A DNA stretch of 53,314 nt from Squatina squatina (lineage: Eukaryota). Positions within the stretch are counted from its first letter, which is position 1. The number at the start of each line of letters is the position of its first letter. This document shows, one piece after another, positions 1-12,300 of this stretch. The notes beneath the pieces were generated by a model. That model made no database searches, had not been told where the DNA came from, and saw only the letters and a list, made by a program, of their open reading frames with translations. Location of the stretch: assembly GCA_031763465.1 (NCBI GenBank), contig JARFOE010000004.1:7342200-7395513 (forward strand), read 5' to 3'. Position numbers and translations under genes: made by a program.

Positions 1-594
1 TGTACCTGCTACTGCCCCATATCAATGAATCTCCAGCTCCGCTGCAATGAGAAGCCGTGTTCAGAGGCCAGGTACAACCCCCAGGGGGAGGGGAAATCTG
101 AGAGAGTTGCTGTACCACTCTTGCAAACATCTAGTGGCTGGCTCCGAAAAACATTGATTGAGGCCTAGAAGCAGATTGCAATTGGTCTGTGCCCAAGACG
201 ACCAAGAAAAAGAGCAAGAGAACAAAATAACAATTACTGTCATCTTAAAATCAAAATGAAATATCCTGAGTCAGGAAATAAGCTGGAGACAGTCTACAAA
301 TTAAATGACAAACAAAACAAACTTTTGATCCAGTTTTGTTGATTTGGATTCAAAATGCCAGTACCCTTTTCTCTTTTTTCTTTCTCTCCTGAAAACGTAA
401 TTTATGCTGGTTACAATTCCATGGATGCTGGCTGCCCTGTAATACCTCACTCAGGTGGCTAGTCTGTCTCTTCACTCAGTCTTCACTTTCTAGCAATCAG
501 GAGAGGGGGCTCCAGCTGATTTTTCCTGCCTCACTCTGACTGTGATCAGCGAACCTGATGCCCTTCCTGGTTTCTATGACTCTGCTACACCATA

Positions 595-725
595 GGGCAG
601 ATTTTCACAATTCTGCCCGCATGTAAAACTGGTGTCGAGGAAAGGCTGAAAATCAGGCAGTTTCTATTACGGGCAGCTGATCTGCAACACCAGTTTTATG
701 CCCAAGCAGAAAGTTGAAAACCTAC
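595..725. mobile_element. Short palindromic MITE-like element
   Basis: Internal inverted repeat TAAAACTGGTGT (624-635) / ACACCAGTTTTA (687-698). Imperfectly complementary termini GGGCAGATTTTCA ... TGAAAACCTAC. No coding capacity. Confidence 0.5.
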
Positions 726-2065
726 ATGTACATATTTATGTTCTAAGCCATCAGGGACGGTATGCCTATTTATTGAAGGAAAACTTCTAAGTAGGGCATT
801 TGCTATGCTTTGTGCTCCTGCATGCTGTATTTTGTTTGACATATTGTGGCAAATATTTGAGAAACTTCTGCTGTTGACAACTGGAAGGGAACGGCTGTTG
901 AGCAGGTTATGATTCCATGCTTCCTCTCTTAACTGGTGAGGACAGAAACAGAGCTTTGAAATAAATACCTCACCTCCGTTATGTGAAACTGCACAATGCC
1001 TGTCAAAGATAAATGATTAAATTAATCCTGAAATACAGGATACGTCTGGTGAATAATGTTATTCCACATGTTGTGCTCGTATGTTTGACTGAAAGAGCAG
1101 TGAACATAAATATCCTCTAGTTCACTACAGTAAGGCCAATATATATGGCTATCAATAAATGACTCAGTAATGGAGGGTTTCATTAATTACTGTTAATACA
1201 GTACAGGTTTTGAAGAAAGGGTTTATATTTGAATTATATAATTATGTAAATAACTATCATTGTGTTGATATATACAGAGATATTCTAAAGCAAGTTGTAC
1301 ACAGTTAACTTCCTAACCATCTGTATTGTCCAATATACTAATGATGAGAATTTTATTTGCTTCAAATTCAGTTTTTGAGTGATTTATTTTTAGATTTGGG
1401 TCCCAGTGAAGTCAACTCTGAAGAAACGGTCATGTTTCCCAAAGCAGAGTGTAAGACTGGCCATGTGGAATAGCTGATTATTTTGAACATCTGTTCCAAA
1501 GAAAGATATAGTTGCACTACACAACCAAATTTCATTCAATTGTCCGATTCCTTTTAATGAAGAGGGGCATACATGTAATTGCACAAGATAGCCCTCTGCA
1601 ATTGCTCACAGTAAGGAACAGTCTTGTACCTGTATTTCATTAAGAGGGAAATTATACTTGTCATGGATTGGATATATTGTCCCACTTACTGGGAACAATC
1701 AGTATGCCAGTACTGCCAGGGGCAATAGGTACAGGTCTCANNNNNNNNNNNNNNNNNNNNNNNNNNNNNNNNNNNNNNNNNNNNNNNNNNNNNNNNNNNN
1801 NNNNNNNNNNNNNNNNNNNNNNNNNNNNNNNNNNNNNNNNTCTTAGAAGCTCTATATAATCTTAATGCCAATTCAAATCAATATTGGATTACATAATTTT
1901 TTTCTACCTGAAAATCAGTGAGGCAGATTGGCTGGGTTGCATCACTTATTGGTTAGAGTTTTAATTAAGTCCATGTAGACTTACAAATGGATATTGTTTC
2001 CATGTGATCAATTTTCTAGAGATTTAATTGTGACTCAATACAATACTATTTACTCTGTATTACAG

Positions 2066-2230
2066 TGCCTAAGAAACTGCTGGATGAAACCAACCCCAAG
2101 CCAACTCACTATAAAGGAATTCACCACCCCAATTTTCCACCACACCCCAAGCCTTATGATCCAAACATTATAGGCGATGGTGTCTTCTCCCATGATGTGC
2201 TACCCTTTATAACAGAAGCTTCTTTGCCAG
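2066..2230 (+). CDS. Internal coding exon, probably of the EVA1A-like gene (linker region between lectin domains and TM segment)
   Basis: Acceptor tattacag and donor AG|gtatgt enclose a 165-bp phase 1-1 exon that is stop-free: (V)PKKLLDETNPKPTHYKGIHHPNF...EASLP(G). The VPK start resembles the residues that follow the second SUEL lectin domain in EVA1C. Same strand and compatible phase with the EVA1A last exon. Confidence 0.6.
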
Positions 2231-2324
2231 GTATGTTATTTTGCATCATTTTAAAAGGAAGTATTAATGGAGGACCAGCTACATCAAGATAGATGCCAAT
2301 TTAAAGAAAAAGCACTGGGTGGCC

Positions 2325-2680
2325 AATTAGTTCACTAACGTCTGCGCAAAAATAGCGTGAACGGGTGTTAGCGGCCTAACACCGATTTTCTGCGTTAAGT
2401 CGTTCGCTCACCATTTTGTGGGCTCCGATCCCGGGTGCTAAAGGAGCGTAGACCCGGGCTCGCTGGAAATGCAGAGCTTGACGGAAGACGGCAGGCATGA
2501 TGTCATCATTGGGTGCAGCGCCCTAGAAGGCCCAACAATTCGGCCGGATTTCCAGCCGGTAAGTTCAGTGGTTTTTTGGCGCTGTCACCTGGTGGGGAGT
2601 GATGTTTAAGATTTATTTTTTTAAAAACCAGCGTTAAATTTTTTTTTTCAATCAAGATTATTTTTGCTTAATGGGGTTGT
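2325..2680. repeat. GC/CpG-rich interspersed repeat fragment (probable non-autonomous DNA transposon)
   Basis: Abrupt CpG-rich block within AT-rich intron sequence, ending at a gap, with no credible ORF. Confidence 0.3.
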
Positions 2681-5600
2681 NNNNNNNNNNNNNNNNNNNN
2701 NNNNNNNNNNNNNNNNNNNNNNNNNNNNNNNNNNNNNNNNNNNNNNNNNNNNNNNNNNNNNNNNNNNNNNNNNNNNNNNNGATGCTTTAACTTAATTCAT
2801 TTTTGAGTCTAAATTTAGCTGACAAAACTGAAGCCTGAAATTGTGCACTGAGAATCGCTTAAAGTGAGCGTTTATGGCCTTGTGATGTGACTAAATGGTA
2901 CTGTACCTTTTACTGCTGCTAAACTTTAGCAACCAGTGAGACTACAGTCAACTACAGTGGATGGGAAGCAATAAATGCCCTCCCACTGGCAGCTGACCTC
3001 TCCTATGTCTATGCATTAACCAGGCGCTTTAATCAATTTTCACATGGTAACTGAAGGCCAGCAAATCTATTGGAGAATGTACAGATAGCTTGGCTAAGCA
3101 AGCATGTACAACCACAAAATTTGCCGAGAATGAGTCTGAACCTTCAGCGAGAAAAGCAAGTTATGTGTGAAACAAATTCAGTTAGAGCTTTAAAACTACT
3201 GCTCAGAGGAAATATGATGTGTGTTTAAATATGTTTAATTGAAGTTCCTTAAATATGACCTTTGTTTTGACAGATGTTCTCTTTTTTGTTAATTAAAATG
3301 TAAATGAATATATTTCCTGAGTCCTGTGATACTTAGGGATCACGTTGGGCTACAGGCTATAGAATAAATCTAGGTTCAGGCAGTTAAAGATTAACAAGGC
3401 AGCATGGCAAGATGCTTAGTTACAATGAGGAGAATTTCATTTTGATTGATGAATTATTACGTGTGTTAAATATTAACNNNNNNNNNNNNNNNNNNNNNNN
3501 NNNNNNNNNNNNNNNNNNNNNNNNNNNNNNNNNNNNNNNNNNNNNNNNNNNNNNNNNNNNNNNNNNNNNNNNNNNNNATGAATTATTACGTTTGTTAAAT
3601 ATTAACTACTATAAATAATGAAACTGAAGCTTATCGGTAGAAGCCTATCCTATCACTTAGGTTACCATTGATTTAAATGAAAGGAACATTTGAAAATACT
3701 CATAACAACAGTGGGTCAATAAATTTGTCAACAAGGGTGACAGCATGAGCTTCAGTGAATGGCAAAATAAGTAAAAGTTTTATCTGACCAGCAACCTGAA
3801 GGGCACATAAGCCTTTTGGCAAACATGCAAAGGTTGATGACAATTGCAGCTCGCAGCTAAGAAGGATAGAGTGACATTTGAACTGTTAAGAAGTTATTAC
3901 TTTTTGTATTAAGTATTGGAATTTATATTATGCCATTGGAAATAATGGGAATGCAGGCTCTCTTACAAATGGGCAAACAGAATAATAGCAAAGGGATGGC
4001 GCCTACAAACACCGAGTGTCAAAGGCTACCGTACAGCTATTTAACATATGCAGTGTAACAATTGAAACACGGGAATAATTGGTTTGCTTTCAACAAGAGT
4101 AATTTGAAGTACTGCAGTGAACAAGCTCAAAACAGGCCGGTCGATACCATATGACAATGGGAAGATTACTTTCACTGAGCTGGATGGTCCCGGAAGTTAA
4201 CAGGCAATAGTGGTAAACCCACAGAGAGACCAATTCCTCAGCGGGGAGGAGAGGAGGAGGAATAGGGGAAGGACGAAGAAGGAGATGGAGAAGGGAAGGA
4301 AGGGAAGGGGAGGGGGNNNNNNNNNNNNNNNNNNNNNNNNNNNNNNNNNNNNNNNNNNNNNNNNNNNNNNNNNNNNNNNNNNNNNNNNNNNNNNNNNNNN
4401 NNNNNNNNNNNNNNNNTTTGAGACGATGCTCCCTGGTCCTAGAATCCCCAACCAGCACAAGTAATTTCTCTCTATCTACCTATCTGTTCCCCTTCGTATA
4501 TTGAAAATTTCGATCGTATCACCCAGTGAGCGAGTGAGCCGATTTGGGGGATTCTGGTGGTTACAGCCTAGAGACATTCAATCTCAAGGCTCACGCGTGA
4601 ACTGCAGTTGGCTGAAGCACTGAACAAAATACCGCTTCAAGAAAAGGAGAGACGCAGAAGATTGGAGGAGAAAAATATAAAATAGAAAGAAAATACATTT
4701 AAAAAGACACTTAAGGGGGTTGGGTGTGGTAAGGGGACACCAAGAATATTTTTTCTGTCGCTCAGAATGTTGGGATTCCACCTAGAACAGATTAGTTTTA
4801 CATTTCAGCCACAAATGTCACTTGCCGTTACCTGTCTCAGCCAGCGGACTTACACAACCAGGAGGTTACACAACAGTTCAACACAATTCCACTTTTGGGT
4901 TTACGGACTGGCAATCCATTTTGAAGTTAGGAAGGGTTAATAATCTACGAACATGCTTCAAATGAGTTTCTTCTAAGGTTACTAATTAGCTGTTTTAATT
5001 CACTGAACTAAAAATTGACATTGTACGAGATAATCTGCAAACTAAATTATATCCCACTAGAACTGCAAAAAGCTTTAAATGTAAAAGAAAGCGGCTTACT
5101 GTTCTGTATTTGATTTCCAGCACAATTAGCAAGTTCCAAACTCGTTAGTTGAGAGCGCAGCTTATTGTTTTCATCCAACACTTTTGCTAGTCTTCCTTTT
5201 AAAGATTCCTTCAAAGACATTGAAGCAAAATGTTACTGTTACTTCAGTCATTACTTGTTTTCCCCCTCCCTTATGACAGCACAACATACTGCTACAGTAC
5301 TAGGTAAAAATGTCTTCCTCCAGGTGTTGCTTACTTCCTTATACCATCCACCAACATATCAAAGGGAACAAATTATCATGCAGATTTGTCACAGCACACA
5401 TTTTGGAAAGTCACTATTGACATGACGGAGATGTGATTTCATAATTACAACATTGGGATAGCAGTATGAGTTGACAATGAGTCTGTCTGAGTCAGTGCCA
5501 GTTTTTCTAATTTGGTGGGGGAGGGCTGAAGAAGAGGAAAAAAGAAACTTTACCTGCTGATCAAACAGAACACTACTAAATTTTCATTCTTTCCTCTAAG

Positions 5601-5751
5601 ATTTATACTTTGAAAATATTTTAAATAGGTAGTGGATCATAGTGCTCGACAGTATATTCTGTATATAATTTGGGTCAGCATAGTACCTAATGTTCTAAAG
5701 GAGACTTCCGATACAAGATCAAAAAGTATGTATGTTTCTTACAAAGTTTAA

Positions 5752-6030
<279 letters not shown>

Positions 6031-6534
6031 TAATATTGAGAGAACTTTATGTTTAAACCGCATGAATGCAGCGAGGCAGGGTTGAATCATGTTAGTTTGA
6101 CATACTGTAGGTTCTGGGAGGTCAGAGACCTCCTTCCCTTGGAAAGTTTGTTTTCCTTGTGGTTGCTTGCATCCCTTAGGAGACTAAATAAATTCAGTGG
6201 AGTCCATAATTGTGTAAGTTGTATATGGTCTGTTGAAAGGAGTGGGCTAAATGGCCACTTATCTACCTATTTTTTCTTATGTTTCTATTAACTCTAATGG
6301 ATTGTGCTTCGGCTTTGCATAAGGAACACCTGGTGAGACACAAGTGTGAACCGTTGTGATTGTCTGTTAAATTCTGCAGCACTCGAGATAAGATAGTAAG
6401 TCAAATAGTACAATTGAAGTTTTGTTTTAAACATCTAGTTAATTATATTATAAATGCTGCACTAACATCTACCAAATACAGAGCATGATTTGAGATTGTG
6501 AAGCCCATCATAAAGCTCCAGTTTGTCCATGGAT

Positions 6535-6820
6535 GTTTATAGCACACAAGGAGGCCATTTGGCCCATTGTGCCTGTGCCGGCTCTTTGCAGGAGCAGTCT
6601 GAAACTGATCATATACTTTTCCCCTTAAAAGATGCAAGGCTTTCTTCCTCAGTTACTCCTATGGCAAATTCTTCCATGCTCTGCATAAAGATATTTCTCC
6701 TAACATCTCTCCTTACTCTGACAATTTTAAATTGATTACCCCGCATCACTGACTCATGCAAACAGAGAAAATAGTCTTTTCCGATGTACTCTTATCAAAG
6801 CCTTTCAGAATTTTATAACC
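6535..6820 (-). mobile_element. Degraded CR1-like LINE 3' end
   Basis: Motif acaaggaggccatttggcccattgtgcctgtgccggctct resembles the reverse-complemented 3' UTR of fish/shark CR1 elements. Confidence 0.35.
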
Positions 6821-7315
6821 TAAGTTTCCTTGTCTGTTATAATCTTGATTTTTAAGACCCTCTAACCAAATTAAAGTTGCTTAAAGATATATAGTTTATC
6901 TGCTGTTTTGAAGAGCATTAACAGTGAAAACAATTGCTATGCATCAATTATCAGGAATTGGAAGGACATTTTAGAAAAATGCTTAGAAGAGTGTACAAGA
7001 GGAACTGAAACATTCAGTCATTATATTGGTGGGAGCAGATAAATTTAATGGCGATAAAAGGCAGGGGGAATTTCTATACCCAAATGTGCCCATTGAAGAC
7101 ATGAATAATGCTCTTCTATTGATGGCATCTGTTGAGATGGGCTGGGCTACACTTTCCCGTCCTCTTGATGGACTGAGTAAGAAAATTGGCATGTGGTTCC
7201 TAACTGAGAGATGCAGTAAGGATGAACATTCAAACTTTAAAGGAGGATGAGCCATGTTTCTACTCTATTATTTAACACAATTGAAAAACAGTAACCGATT
7301 CTGTTTTCTTTACAG

Positions 7316-7683
7316 AGAATCCTGAGAAAACTGCTTTATATTTTGTGTCTGGGGTGTGCATTGGACTGATTCTTACACTGTGTGCTCTGGTAGTGCGGAT
7401 ATCCTGCCGGACAGATTTGAAGAAATCAGCGGTCAAGAATACAGATGAGGAGGACAGTAATGATGACGATGACAGCGATGATGATAACTCCGACACTACC
7501 TCCGATCTATCTGCCAGGCGGCATCGCCGCTTCGAGAGAACTTTAAACATGAACGTTTTTACCTCAGCGGAAGAACTGGAGCGGGCACAGAGGTTGGAAG
7601 AGAGAGAGCGGATAATTAGGGAGATCTGGATGAATGGTCAACCAGATATTCCTGCCACTAGGAGTTTGAATCGCTATTACTAA
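7316..7683 (+). CDS. EVA1A: EVA1A (FAM176A) last coding exon
   Basis: Acceptor ttctttacag, phase 1. Encodes (E)NPEKTALYFVSGVCIGLILTLCALVVRISC (TM), an acidic linker, and SDLSARRHRRFERTLNMNVFTSAEELERAQRLEERERIIREIWMNGQPDIPATRSLNRYY-stop (TAA 7681-7683). This matches the EVA1A C-terminus. Confidence 0.92.
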
Positions 7684-8084
7684 TGTGCTACCTAGAGCAG
7701 TGGTTTTGATTCGGTAACAGTTCAGAAGACACGATGGTGCTTTTGACACTCAACAACTGTATATGACTGGGACTATAGTTATCCTCAGCTCTGCGTGCAT
7801 CTCCAGAACAATAACTGGAATAAATAACCTTAATTTCACTAAACATTTGNNNNNNNNNNNNNNNNNNNNNNNNNNNNNNNNNNNNNNNNNNNNNNNNNNN
7901 NNNNNNNNNNNNNNNNNNNNNNNNNNNNNNNNNNNNNNNNNNNNNNNNNNNNNNNNNNNNNNNNNNNNNNNNNNNNNNNNNNNNNNNNNNNNNNNNNNNN
8001 NNNNNNNNNNNNNNNNNNNNNNNNNNNNNNNNNNNNNNNNNNNNNNNNNNNNNNNNNNNNNNNNNNNNNNNNNAGCAGCTTGAA

Positions 8085-8180
8085 ATTCTATTGCTAATAA
8101 ATTTTTAAACCACTTTTTATTATCTTTTATGACAGTGGCCAGATTTAGTTCCATCTGTGCCTTTGCCTTTCTAACTTGGT
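8085..8180 (-). mobile_element. CR1 LINE ORF2 fragment
   Basis: The minus frame reads RKAKAQMELNLATVIKDNKKWFK, typical of the CR1 ORF2 region between the endonuclease and RT domains. Confidence 0.6.
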
Positions 8181-8509
8181 TATTGCTGATAATTGGAAAG
8201 TGCTGCACAAAACTTTCTATCGTATTGAAGAAACTTTATAAATTACAAAATCAGGATGTATGAATGTAACGCACCAAAGGTTGGTTGAACAAGACCAAAA
8301 CATGATCTTCTCTTGGGATAAAGATTAACAAAAAGAAATGAATGGAAATCCAATTCTGAATGTTACTTTTCTTCTAGTATTTCATCACTGAGATTGTTGG
8401 GAACTATGACAAGATGTACAAAAATGAACGGGTGAGCTTGCCCAGTTTACTTGGCATCCGCTTAAGTTTTTTTTATGCCCCAGGTTNNNNNNNNNNTGGT
8501 GATAAAAAG

Positions 8510-8634
8510 AAAAACTGCAAATGTTAGAAATCTGAAAGAAAAACAGAAAATGCTAGAAACAGAGGTCTGATGAACATCAAACTGCCTTGCTCCTTCAGAT
8601 GCAGACTTGCTGCGTACTTCCAGCATTTTCTGTT
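8510..8634. repeat. Shark-type repeat (Penelope-associated terminal motif) with inverted repeat
   Basis: AACAGAAAATGCTAGAA (8542-8558) is the inverse of TTCCAGCATTTTCTGTT (8618-8634). A related copy starts at about 39930. Confidence 0.45.
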
Positions 8635-9109
8635 AGTGCTATGAGTCACATTGATACTTCAATGTACTCAGAATTAAGTATCGTCAACTATTTAAGCTCA
8701 GCTTTTTTGAGATGCAGGAGAACTGGCTGTACAGTCATGTAGTGGGAATTAATTTGTGACTGCTGTAGAACTTAGACAGCCCCAATAAGAAAATCCAGAA
8801 TATCTCACTGATCTAATCGTGACCAGAATCTCGCTCTTTAACATTCCATTAAAGTGTTGTACTAGGTAACGAGGTTTATATACTCAGAACCTTATGCCAC
8901 AAAACCATGACAAAATCCTTGATATTTTACTATGTAAAAAAAGTTGTAATTTTAAAACACAAGAGAAAATGGAATCTAAATTAGTTAAATTAACTGATTC
9001 CTTTATTAAGTTAATTAGTATTGAAGGACCTTCAATGAACATTAGCCTAAAAAGTAGCAATCTCACTCAACGACCCCAAAATGGTGGTGTTGGAAATGGA
9101 AATATCTAT

Positions 9110-9310
9110 CTCATATTACAGTAAGGACATCATAGCACTGGAAAAGGTGCAGCGAAGGGCTACCAATCTGATACCTGACAGCAGGCACCTGAACTACAAT
9201 CAGAGTTTGTTCATACAAGGGAAAAGAAGATTGAGGGGGGATCCTGTCGCGGTATTCAAGATCTTAAGGTATTGACAAACAAAATGCTGAGAAACTGTTT
9301 ACCATGGCTC
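9110..9310 (+). mobile_element. CR1 LINE ORF2 C-terminal fragment
   Basis: Reads YSKDIIALEKVQRRATNLIP...KRRLRGD...FKILR, the characteristic CR1 ORF2 C-terminus. Confidence 0.75.
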
Positions 9311-12300
9311 CAAGAGGCTTGGGATTACAAAATATTTATGCTGTTTTTGCTTTTCAACAAAGTACCAGCCTGTTTTACATTTGCTGTGAAGAAGCACAAT
9401 GACCCAGTTTTCTGTTGGAATGATTAATGCGCTGTGTTATTGAGCCAAGATTCATCAGTAAATGTAGCATATTAAATGATTTATTAATGCTATTGTAACC
9501 TGCCTCTGCTTTATTGTATCTACCGTCTTTCTGGCACTGGGGGTATTGCACTGGATGGTGGATAGGTGGGGGATTATTCCAGCATATTTTCTGTGACTGC
9601 CCCAAAGCACAATGCTTTGGGCTGATACCAAGCCTACTATTGCACACTTCAACTATGAACAATTCCCTGAGGATGTTTATTGAGTTCTTGAACTCCTGCA
9701 AGATCAGTCAGGCCAATTATACAGGATGTTTAATCAAGAGATTGGCAGCCTCTCAAATGTATAATTTTCACTTGGAGAATATTACACTCTCCACATGAGC
9801 ATATGGTGTCATTACATTCTCAGTGGGACAGCCTTACAATGACTCTTATTACATGCTAGAGGGAGATAAGGGNNNNNNNNNNNNNNNNNNNNNNNNNNNN
9901 NNNNNNNNNNNNNNNNNNNNNNNNNNNNNNNNNNNNNNNNNNNNNNNNNNNNNNNNNNNNNNNNNNNNNNNNTGGAACTGACTTCATGAAAAAGTATTGG
10001 CAAACTTGTTAATTTTTTTTTCTCTGGCGGGTGATAGGAGATCCAAGAGTTTCCTTTTATTTTTGATGTATTTATGACATACTGAAGTGACACACTGATG
10101 CATTTCAGCAAAATATGTGTTATTTCATCATGTCTTTGTAAACTTACGAAAAAAGTTTGCCAAATACTTTTGCATGAAAACGGTGCCTCTTTAAATCTCT
10201 GGTGAAGATTCGTGATTCTTAATGATTTAGCCATCCTAAAGCAAATGATTGGAGCCAATTAAAAAAAAACCCATAAATCTCACTTGTAATTCCAGCATAC
10301 TTTACTAGTGAAAACAATTTCTCTCAAAACACAAGCTGGCTTCCAATTGTCATCACCAGCCTCTTTGACTAAGGTCTGCACATCTGTTGTATGTCAGGCC
10401 CCTGCGCCAAATCTTCATCAATAACCGAATGCTGAGAAACTAAAGCTGACTGTGGCAGGACCTTAATTAGCTGCTGAAAAGTTAATTAATTTTGACAAGT
10501 TATCAAAAATGATTGTGAGGCCACCTGAATCTGAAAAATATCCTCACGGCGCTCATTTGAACTGCCTTCCGAACAAGGATTCAAAGAATAAAACACATAA
10601 GTCTTCACTATGCAATTACTTCTCCATTCAAAATTTGCCCTCAACAANNNNNNNNNNNNNNNNNNNNNNNNNNNNNNNNNNNNNNNNNNNNNNNNNNNNN
10701 NNNNNNNNNNNNNNNNNNNNNNNNNNNNNNNNNNNNNNNNNNNNNNNCCTGGAATTTCCTTGTATTTCTCACTGTAATTATGGCGTGCGAGCAGGGTAGT
10801 GCTCATATTCACGTGCAAGGGATTGCCACTGATTTTGCTCTGAAGAATTGCGATAATCACTCTTTCTAGCCGCTTATGCCATCTGTCCATTGAAACCCAT
10901 ACTGCTCATTTCCATAGCTCTGCCCCATCCAACGATGCAACTGATACAAGTTTCCTGTTTAAAGTTATAAGAGATGCAGCTCAGACCTGTCAGCTCCCTC
11001 CAACACAGCTGAGGAGTTTTAAACACTGAAGACGCCTCTGACCTTTGTGCTGGATTTCTGCGAGTTTCCTACTGATGTTTTTGGTATTTTTTTTCTCAGT
11101 GAAACCTATCCAGAAGTCAATCACTCCTCACTTCAGTCTCTTCCAGAGGGTTTGCTGGTGTTCATCAGAGAAGTCGCAGGTTTTCCTTCTGGCTGCTTTG
11201 GTTTTCTGTCCAGTGGGCACAGATGTCATCACAGCAGTGTCATCTCTCCATGAAAGCATAAGCTGTGTCTTTGTAATTGACTCCTATGGTAATGAAAAAT
11301 GATTAGTGCCATTTACCTGATACAGGTGGCTGCCCGTGCTAAGTGTGGACAGTGTAAGTGGTGGGAATGTCTCTGAAAAAAAAGATCCACAATTGACTCT
11401 CAAGCACTTTGTCTAATCCTAACCTACCCTTCTTCTGCCCTGCCAAATGCAATGACCTTGATATCTCTGTTGATCCGTTCCACAACTAATTTGCTTCCAC
11501 CTTCAAATTCCTCTTGTCAGCAAGCTCCTGGAAAGTCTTCCACTCTAAGTGCTTCTCCTGGTTGTATCGCCACCTCCGAGGCCTGAAACACAACTGGCAT
11601 TGACTGCCCACTGTACAGCCAGGCTGGATCCCTGCCATCAATCTTCCTTATCTTATCCAAAACTGTTTACTATTCTAAGATTATCCTGGAGATGAGAAAG
11701 TACTCTGAATACGTTCTTGAGTTCCATAAGGCACCGCCTCAGACCAATCTTGTTTGCACCCCTCCTAAACTTGGACTGAAAATCCGAGGATCTTGTGGAT
11801 TTTTTCATGCTCTGGGTGTTAATCATTCCTAAGTAAAATGTCCCCATCAAACATACTTTACATATGAATAGTTTGTACATTTATAACTGGCTTTCTTGGC
11901 CCAAGCAAATTAACACAGGTATTGAAGCCCAGAGATACAAAGATTAGCATTAACCAATTCATGTTCTATTTTATCTTGATTCTGCTTGCTTTTTGATAGA
12001 CCATAAAAGACATGGAAAAGCAGGCAGTTTGCTTTAATCCTTACCCTGTGAACTCCTTGAATGCACATCAGCATTTTAAAACATAATGCCTTTGGGCAAA
12101 GGCCTTTGTAATGTATTTAGTTGTAAACCTTCACACACAATCATCTATTCACCAAACGATGGAAGAATTGTGCATACTTGAAGAGCTGTGTCAGCTTTGA
12201 ACTTGGATTGACAGCAGGAGTTGGATGCCATTGCTCCAAAGGGCCTTTTAAGGGGTTTATGGGATTAGCAGAGCAGAGACCAATGTTGACAATACCTTGC

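Noticed and set aside
6983-7255. Overlapping 74-90 aa ORFs on both strands
   Set aside because: No recognisable homology or splice signals; not the missing EVA1A pre-TM exon.
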